A stretch of DNA of 32,575 nucleotides from Macrostomum lignano (Eukaryota): NCBI GenBank assembly GCA_002269645.1, contig NIVC01004878.1:1-32575 (forward strand), read 5' to 3'. Both the position numbers and the translations under genes were made by a program. How positions within the stretch are numbered: the stretch's first letter is position 1; each line of letters starts with the position of its first letter. The notes under the pieces were generated by a model that saw nothing but the letters and a program-made list of their open reading frames with translations, made no database searches and was not told where the DNA came from. Positions 1 through 8,134 of the stretch are shown one piece after another.

Positions 1-480
1 ATGTTCTTAGTCAAATTTTATAAATGTATTGCAAAATATCAAAAATGAAAATGTTATATAGACTTTTACCTTTTAGTTTCTTTTCTATATGTCAAAAATC
101 CTGTCGTTACGACCATAAGTGTCATTTAAGGTTTAATAGCATCTATACTAATGATGATATCTATATGAAACTCTATAAATATATTCTGGACAAAATAATC
201 TTTCATTTAAAATATTGGTTTAGTATATTCTATTATTAGATTTCATTTTATAAGTAAAAATAACCTGTCATGTTACGACCATGCTTATATGGAATGAGCC
301 ATAGTCTATAGGGTACAGGCTACAGTGCAGTTTAGTATTACAGTCTGCAATGCTACATAAGTGAATAAGTGAATGATAAATCAATGGGAAAGAAAGTGAA
401 GGCAGAAAAAAGGGAAGAGAAATGAAGTATTTCCATTTTTCAATAAGCACAAGCACGCAAAGTGTGCTACCCTGCAGTCC

Positions 481-839
481 TTTTTTATTAGAGGCAGGGG
501 GGTTGTGTGCACCCTAGCGCACTTTAAGTGACATGGGCACACAACTGGCAAGAGGCATTACTGCCCATTCTGCCAACTCCCTTGAGCAGGCATACAAGCG
601 CGCGGATATGTATGCAGGCACACACTCACATAGGAGTATACAGCGGCCCTAACTTTATATTATTGTTAGGCATGTACACTTCACTGCACCTTGGGGGGTT
701 GGCTCTCAAGGCCCTTTTTTGCACGAGCAGAGCCAAGCAGAGATTCCAATTCAGCCCTAAATTAATGTGACTGCACTTGGAATCGAGCCTAGGTGGCTGG
801 CACACCAGAGTAGCTGCGCTACCACTGGGCTACGCCCCC
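481..839 (-). mobile_element. tRNA-derived SINE, apparently full length (about 360 bp), copy 1
   Basis: On the - strand: Pol III A box TAGCCCAGTGG (822-832) and B box GGCTCGATTCC (779-789) at tRNA-like spacing (43 nt start to start), a degenerate acceptor stem, and an A-rich end TAATAAAAAA (481-490). The body aligns with 22846-23080 in the opposite orientation. Confidence 0.7.
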
Positions 840-2526
840 TCCCCCAGTCCTTCAGTGTGGTGGTACAAGTAGATAGGTAAGTTGCAAATCTGGAAAAAAC
901 TAAGTTGCACCGGATGGGTGAAATTTTGAGGTTGGGCATGTATGGATAGAGGCAAAGCTAAAAGAGAAAGGGGTGGCAAATCAATTGTTACTTAGTACAT
1001 TGAAAGCCATTGGGAGCTATTGAAAGCTATAAGAAAGAAATTGAAGTTCTGCGTAAGGAATGTGAGCACCTTCAAAAATAAAAGGCAAGGAAGCCCAGCA
1101 AGTTAATAGAGGAAGTGCTAAAGTAGAAGGCACATGAGCTGTCAATGGCTATGTTGCTGTGACCCTTGTAAGCAAGCTGCCAAAAATCCCAAAAGAACTG
1201 ACATTTTTTAAAGTGTTGCTTAGGGTTAGGACTAAACTAGCTTGTGTTTCTACTTTGTGACTTTATTTTTTGTGAAAATACAAGACAACCAAAACAAAAA
1301 ACAGCCAAAAAAATTCAAATTAAAATTTTGTGGAAAGGAAAATTGGTATTTGCTCTTCTTTGTGCTTTTTTCATTTTTATAGCACATAGAAAGTAGAATA
1401 TTCAAGTGGTGGCTTTTTATCTAGTTGTACATACAATATACCTATATATGAACCTCTAGAAACTGAGGCGCAAAATTTTTAAGCAGGTGCAAAAAGTTGC
1501 ACTATGTCACTCCAAATACTGGATATAAGGATAGACAAAAAGAGAGTATTAGTTATTAATAAACTAGATATCCATTAACTTCCTTGATGATTGTCCCAAA
1601 GTTGAACCAGCAAAAATGAGAATAAATAAAAAAGAATAAAAAGTTAAAAACAGTATAGTATCATATCTATGTTTTCTCTTTCAAAAAATTAATTAAAAAG
1701 TAAAAACAGAGAACATGGCTAATGATAGCATAATGTTAAATTTGCGTGTTGAAAGTGGGAGACTGAGCTTTAATGCCCAGAGCCTCAAGGATCTTAAGCT
1801 TGTAGCTAGATAAGTTTTAATTAAGAATTTAAGAGTTCTTCAGGCCTATAATTTTAATATTCTAAGAGTTAAATATGAGTGAGTATTCTAAAAGATAAGT
1901 TTGTTGACTGACTTAGTATTCTCTATGTAGGAGATGCTTTGATAAACAGCAGTTAAAGCAAAATGGTAGATTTTTTATGAAAAGTACATTTTCCTAATTA
2001 TAGCCAAGGTGTATTGCCTATAATGTACCTAATTTATTTAGACATTATATTTACTATAAATATTATATCATATTTTATCAAAATGTAACTTGCATTATTC
2101 CATAATTACAAGCATAATTTTTTAATGATTTTTGAAAGCTTAATGGTTTGTTGGTATCTATGTGATCAATTAGAGAAAAATAAGTAGACTAATTATTTTT
2201 AAAATAGATTTAAAATTTAATTTTAAAGTAGGCAGCTATACCCATATGAAATAAAGACCACAAATGATAAGCAGTCCAGCTTTTCGCAAAAATGGGAGTA
2301 TCTGATTTCAATTTCAGCACTATTATGTGAGCATAAATTTTTATAATAATGCCAAGTTATATTATTTCTAATAGTTTGGGATCTAAGATTCCACTTAAAA
2401 TAACTATATTGGAAAGTTCAAACTGTTTTTAGTAATTTTGTATAAAACCTTGTCTTCAATAATTTACTTGCTTGCTTTGAATTCAAATTGTTTTCTCTTC
2501 ATGATATTTAGCTAAATTATAAAAAT

Positions 2527-2705
2527 ATGACTACTGTTGACAAGACCACTGTCAAGTCAGATAGTGACTGGAAGCAAGTACTCACACCTGAGCAATATCA
2601 TGTCACACGTGAGAAAGGAACTGAGGCTCCTTTCACTGGAAAGTTTGATAAATTCTTCAAAGATGGCACTTATTCGTGTGTTTGCTGCAAGACTCCACTA
2701 TTTCG
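2527..2705 (+). CDS. msrB: Methionine-R-sulfoxide reductase B (MsrB/SelR family), coding exon 1
   Basis: Encodes MTTVDK...WKQVLTPEQYHVTREKGTEAPFTGKF...GTYSCVCCKTPLF, the MsrB N-terminal half with the first Zn CxxC. Donor CG|GTATGT at 2705/2706 (phase 2). Confidence 0.93.
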
Positions 2706-3216
2706 GTATGTTTATAATGTCATAGCTTTTTTACTACCCTTACCTACATGCCAGATCGTTTTATAATGCTTCTAGTGGTTACTTTTCTTGGTAGTAACAG
2801 TTAAACTTATTTTGTAAGTAATTTGTTCCACATTGTCCAGCTTCTGTACTGGTTAGTGAATAGTAGGATGCAAGGTAAATTAAATTAATTAATTAAATTA
2901 TTTTGTTAATTTTTTCTAGCTCTTGGTCAGTGAATCTAAGTTTTTTTAGAGTAAAAATTGATTCAAAACTTCAAAGAATAAAATAAGGCTAAAATCTAAA
3001 GTACAGAACAAAGTGCATAATGCCTGATAGTGAGAAGGTTTAGCCTGCTATACACCATGTCAGAGTATACGCCTGCATATGCTTATGCTCAAGGACTTAA
3101 GAGTCAGTGGAATGAGTAGGTATAACTGCTCACTTTCTCGCTGGCTGAGTTGACTGTCGACCTGCCCTTGATTTGTGACAGCCCTTCCCTTACTGCTAGC
3201 AAAGACTTACCCGATC

Positions 3217-3750
3217 ACTGACTGACTCACTGACTTACCCAATGACTGACTGACTGACTGACTGACTGACTGACTGACTGACTGACTGACTGACTGACTG
3301 ACTGACTGACTGACTGACTGACTGACTGACTGACTGACTGACTGACTGATTAATGACTGACTGACTGACTGACTGACTGACTGACTGACTGACTGACTGA
3401 TTAATGACTGACCGACTGACTGACTGACTGACTGACTGACTGACTGACTGACTGACTGACTAACTGACAATGTCTGACTGACTGACTGACTGACTGACTG
3501 ACTGACTGACTGACTGACTGACTGACTGATTGATGACTGACTGACTGACTGACTGACTGACTGACTGACTGACTGACTGACTGACTGACTGACTGACAAT
3601 GTCTGACTGACTGACTGACTGACTGACTGACTGACTGACTGACTGACTGACTGATTGATGACTGTCTGTCTGACTGACTGACTGACTGACTGACTGACTG
3701 ACTGACAATGACTGACTGACAGACTCACTCACACTCATTAACTAACTAAC
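3217..3750 (+). repeat. (GACT)n tetranucleotide microsatellite, about 530 bp, in the MsrB intron
   Basis: Visible GACT run with occasional GATTAAT/GACAAT interruptions, ending in ACTAACTAAC 25 nt before the acceptor. Confidence 0.97.
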
Positions 3751-3775
3751 CGGCCACCCTGCTCACCCCCTTCAG

Positions 3776-4046
3776 CTCTGAGTACAAGTACAACTCCGGC
3801 TGCGGCTGGCCGGCATTTTTCAAAGCGGATGACGCCGAGGCGAGAATCGTTCGCCATCCGGACGACAGCATCCCTGGCCGGCCGCGCGTTGAAGTTCTGT
3901 GCCGCTCCTGCGGCGCCCACCTCGGCCACGTGTTCCAGGACGGGCCGCAGCCGACTGGTGAGCGCTACTGCATCAACTCAGCCTGTTTGAACTTCGCCTC
4001 CGCTGACGGGCGATCTGCGAGAGCGGCTGAGTGCGCCTCTGCTTAA
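3776..4046 (+). CDS. msrB: MsrB coding exon 2 (spliced protein 149 aa)
   Basis: Acceptor CCCCCTTCAG|3776 in matching phase. Encodes [14 protein letters not shown]...[32 protein letters not shown]...ECASA, then TAA at 4044-4046. Contains the SGCGWP motif, the second CxxC and the catalytic RYCINS (Cys codon TGC at 3969-3971). Missed by the ORF track because it has no start codon. Confidence 0.95.
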
Positions 4047-4128
4047 CTGGCTCTTCTGGGCACCTCGAGAACCGAAACTGAACTTGCATAGTCAAATCAA
4101 GTTGATTGCTTTGCATGAGAATGAGACC

Positions 4129-4836
4129 ATGAGAATCTTCCCAGGTGATCCTTCTGAGAATCGTCCCATATACTGCTCTATATCGTCCCATATATTCCTA
4201 TGAGAATCGTCACAGATTATCCCCATGAGAATCGTCCCAGATTATCCCTATGAGAATCGTCCCAGATTATCCCCATGAGAATCGTCCCAGATTATCCCTA
4301 TGAGAATCGTCCCAGATTATCTCCATGAGAATCGTCCCAGATTATCCCTATGAGAATCGTCCCAGATTATCCCCATGAGAATCGTCCCAGATTATCCCCA
4401 TGAGAATCTGCCCAGATTATCTCCATGAGAATCGTCCCAGATTATCCCCATGAGAATCGTCCCAGATTATCCCCATGAGAATCGTCCCAGATTATCCCCA
4501 TGAGAATCGTCCCAGATTATCCCCATGAGAATCGTCCCAGATTATCCCCATGAGAATCGTCCCAGATTATCCCTATGAGAATCGTCCCAGATTATCCCTA
4601 TGAGAATTGTCCCAGATTATCCCTATGAGAATCGTCCCAGATTATCCCCATGAGAATCGTCCCAGATTATCCCCATGAGAATTGTCCCAGATTATCCCCA
4701 TGAGAATTGTCCCAGATTATCCCCATGAGAATTGTCCCAGATTATCCCCATGAGAATCGTCCCAGATTATCCCCATGAGAATTGTCCCAGATTATCTCTC
4801 TAAGATTATTCCCGGATTATCCCCCATTAGAATCGC
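4129..4836. repeat. 25-bp minisatellite ATGAGAATCGTCCCAGATTATCCCC, about 24 regular copies plus degenerate edge copies
   Basis: Period of 25 (TGAGA at 4201, 4226, 4251). Starts less than 100 bp after the MsrB stop codon. Confidence 0.96.
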
Positions 4837-5600
4837 TCATATCAGTTTTAGTGACTTTAGTAAGTTTACATGCTTGATTTTTCCCAATTTTGGCCATATG
4901 AATATTTCTTGCAATTTTTACTGAATTTACTCCTGTTTTGAGATTTTGCAACAAAATGAATTGCTCATTTTATTCGCCTCAATTTTCTAAGTGCTAGCAA
5001 AGTGTTTGCACTAAAATGTACTGTTCAATCATTAATTGCCCGTCTCATGCAGTCGGGTTTTAATTTTGCGAGAAATAAAAATATTTTCTCTCTTATTAAT
5101 TTTTGCAATGATTTTTTTACTCTAAAGTTTGTTTTTCAAGGTTTAGTTAGCTTGGGTTCTTTGTCACATCTACCAAACTAACGTTATTCTGTTTAATCTC
5201 TGGGAATCTGCCTCTCCCCTATGTTATCAGTGATGACCCAAAACAAAGAAATGACGCACATCGTAGGGGATACCCGACAGGCCACATCACAGATATGACA
5301 CTCCAAAAAAATATATCCGACCAGAATATTTCGAAATATGACACATAAAAGTTTCGCAAAAAACTATAAATTTTGCATTACATGCTACTAATAGTAGAAA
5401 TGCGAAAATAATTCGATCGCAGCTCCAAAGGGTTTCAAATAAATCGCATTAGACACAAGTCCAGCTATTTTAGTTATATATATTATTTACTTGCAAATTT
5501 TATAATTATATTTTATGTGCATACGAATTTTAGTTATAATTAATAAGTTTTCAAATATTATATTATCTTTACATGTTTCACATGTTAGAAAATAGTTATA

Positions 5601-5750
5601 TTAGCATGTTGAAATAGTGCATTGGTAGGCAGTCACCGAATGGGCAAATGTACTCCTGCCGGCATGCGACTTGGGCCGCTCAGCTGGGCCGGGCGGCTGC
5701 TGGGCTGCGGTGGGCGGCTGCTCAGCTGATCCGGGCTGTGACGCATCGGT
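5601..5750 (-). CDS. Putative exon 2 of an unrecognised small protein (Pro/Gln/Ala-rich: TDASQPGSAEQPPTAAQQPPGPAERPKSHAGRSTFAHSVTAYQCTISTC*)
   Basis: GC-rich island in AT-rich DNA with acceptor AATTTCTCTACTCAG (AG at 5752-5751). Open in phase 0 to TAA at 5603-5601. The 3' end is uncertain because of a weak GTGACT donor at 5636. Confidence 0.55.
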   Translation of the reverse strand, partial: TDASQPGSAEQPPTAAQQPPGPAERPKSHAGRSTFAHSVTAYQCTISTC

Positions 5751-5765
5751 CTGAGTAGAGAAATT

Positions 5766-6816
5766 GCAGTTATTGGTAGAGACAGGGCAGAATGGTAGAG
5801 ACAGGGCAGTTATTGGTAGAGACAGGGCAGTTATTGGTAGAGACAGGGCAGAATGGTAGAGACAGGGCAGTTATTGGTAGAGAAAGGGCAGAATGGTAGA
5901 GACAGGGCAGAATGGTAGAGACAGGGCAGAATGGTAGAGACAGGGCAGAATGGTAGAGATAGGGCAGAATGGTAGAGACAGGGCAGTTATTGGTAGAGAC
6001 AGGGCAGAATGGTAGAGACAGGGCAGTTATTGGTAGAGAAAGGGCAGAATGGTAGAGACAGGGCAGAATGGTAGAGACAGGGCAGAATGGTAGAGACAGG
6101 GCAGAATGGTAGAGAAAGGGCAGAATGGTAGAGACAGGGCAGAATGGTAGAGACAGGGCAGTATGGTAGAAACAGGGCAGTATGGTAGAGACAGGGCAGA
6201 ATGGTAGAGACAGGGCAGAATGGTAGAGACAGGGCAGAATGGTAGAGACAGGGCAGAATGGTAGAGACAGGGCAGAATGGTAGAGACAGGGCAGAATGGT
6301 AGAGAAAGGGCAGAATGGTAGAGACAGGGCAGTATGGTAGAGACAGGGCAGAATGGTAGAGACAGGGCAGAATGGTAGAGACAGGGCAGAATGGTAGAGA
6401 CAGGGCAGAATGGTAGAGACAGGGCAGAATGGTAGAGAAAGGGCAGAATGGTAGAGACAGGGCAGAATGGTAGAGACAGGGTAGAATGGTAGAGACAGGG
6501 CAGAATGGTAGAGACAGGGTAGAATGGTAGAGACAGGGCAGAATGGTAGAGACAGGGTAGAATGGTAGAGACAGGGCAGAATGGTAGAGAAAGGGTAGAA
6601 TGGTAGAGACAGGGCAGAATGGTAGAGACAGGGCAGAATGGTAGAGAAAGGGTAGAATGGTAGAGACAGGGCAGAATGGTAGAGAAAGGGCAGAATGGTA
6701 GAGACAGGGCAGAATGGTAGAGACAGGGTAGAATGGTAGAGACAGGGCAGAATGGTAGAGACAGGGTAGAATGGTAGAGACAGGGTAGAATGGTAGAGAC
6801 AGGGCAGTTATTGGTA
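5766..6816. repeat. 19-bp minisatellite GGTAGAGACAGGGCAGAAT (with a 21-bp GTTATT variant), about 55 copies; fills the intron of the putative - strand gene
   Basis: Period of 19. Explains the 270-aa STILPCLYH repeat ORF. Confidence 0.96.
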
Positions 6817-6843
6817 AAAATATTGCTCTTCACCTTCACTTAC

Positions 6844-6966
6844 CATTAACTGGAATCGATCAGACGCGGCGAGCTCTTTCTCAAACGACTTTTGCCGCTT
6901 AGCGACGTCATAGCATTTGCCTTTGCGGCTTATCAGCTGTTTTATGAACTCCAATTGTTTGGACAT
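6844..6966 (-). CDS. Putative exon 1 of an unrecognised small protein (MSKQLEFIKQLISRKGKCYDVAKRQKSFEKELAASDRFQLM)
   Basis: ATG at 6966 with an in-frame TAA 30 nt upstream. 41 open codons end exactly at a perfect donor ATG|GTAAGT (6844/6843), phase 0, matching the 5750 exon. Confidence 0.6.
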
Positions 6967-7286
6967 TTGGGTTAATTTATTGAAAAAATGAAATTAATTG
7001 ACAAATAGAAATCTGGCTTTTTGAAAGGCCAACTGAAGTCCCATTTTATATGAAGCGGCAGTTTGACATCAACAAGTTCACTCTAATTTTCATTGGTTCG
7101 GAATGGGGTGGTCAAAATATTTCACGTTCATAGTACGTGTCAAATCCACTATGCTTTTAGACTCGAAGGGGTGGACTGCTTCATTTCAGTAGTGACTCAT
7201 TTTGACACCAAATTACTTTGATTCAAAATGAAACATGCGCATTAACCAGCATGAAACATACATTAGGTACAATATGCCCCACTCAC

Positions 7287-7340
7287 ATTCACAGCCTCAT
7301 TCACAGCCTCATTCACTGCCTCATTCACAGCCTCACAGCC
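7287..7340. repeat. Short 12-bp tandem repeat ATTCACAGCCTC, 4 copies plus a partial one
   Basis: Four consecutive units, one with an A>T change. Confidence 0.85.
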
Positions 7341-8134
7341 AGACTCACTGATCGACCCTAATCCAGTTTGGGTTTCGAATACTCAGTTATTTCTGCATTT
7401 TCAATTCATTGAGTAGCTCTGTGAGATCCGCTGCTGTCAATATACAGTGGGCAGTGGATAACAAATAAATGACACACAATGAATTGGATAGGAATTAAAT
7501 GAATGATGCAAAATAGAAATTCGAGAAATAGATTAAATATGCAAGAAAAAGACGTATATGCTCAAAAATTAGGATGAAGTCAGTCATCAACAAATCAAAG
7601 AGTAGATAAAAATTCATAGGTTGCAATCTTAACTCCACTTTGGTGTCTAATTAAAGTTTACAATTTTACATATTTGGAACTGCTTGACACTATTCTTTAC
7701 GATAATGGCGCAATCATAAGTTTGGTGCAACAAATTTGCTTAGATAGGTGTCTTCCACCATGAACCACCCATCACTGTCACCGAGCATTGCGCAATCTTG
7801 AGCATACCCAGAGCACGTATTTGCTTTTAAGCAATCGTGAGAACTGCGATTCTTATCTTTACTCAAAATCCAGCTACAGTGGAAAGATCGAGAAAAGCGC
7901 GAAACACACCTCCAAACAAACCGCTGTGCATAATACAAAACAATATATAGATAAAAAGTGGAACGCTCACAGCAGGTGACCAAACCAAAAGTAAAAGCAA
8001 AGCCCAATTGTATTTTGATAAAAAGCCATTACTAAAGAAGCTGGCGAAATATTTCTGAGCTAACCTGTCAATATCAAGTATAAGTTAAAATGTACGAGCG
8101 CAGTAAATTCAAACATGGATTTAAACTATAGCGG

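Noticed and set aside
100-283. Imperfect direct repeat CCTGTC(AT)GTTACGACCAT at about 100 and 264
   Set aside because: Only two copies of about 20 bp at the window edge, with no interpretable context.
770-839. Functional tRNA gene on the - strand
   Set aside because: A and B boxes are present, but the acceptor and T stems are mismatched and the sequence continues into a dispersed repeat body, so it is a SINE head.
1004-1200. Decayed coiled-coil pseudo-exon (AIESYKKEIEVLRKECEHLQK*...)
   Set aside because: Four stops in about 60 codons is near random expectation, K/E richness follows from purine-rich DNA, and no family is recognised.
3207-3738. SQSV-repeat ORFs on the - strand
   Set aside because: Translation of the (GACT)n microsatellite inside the MsrB intron.
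3969-3971. MsrB as a selenoprotein (SelR/MsrB1)
   Set aside because: The catalytic codon is TGC (Cys) and the spliced frame has no in-frame TGA.
6027-6839. 270-aa Cys/Pro-rich ORF
   Set aside because: Translation of the 19-bp array. It begins just inside a GTAAGT donor and is better explained as intron.
7714-8007. 97-aa - strand ORF
   Set aside because: No recognisable motif, AT-rich composition and no supporting splice structure.
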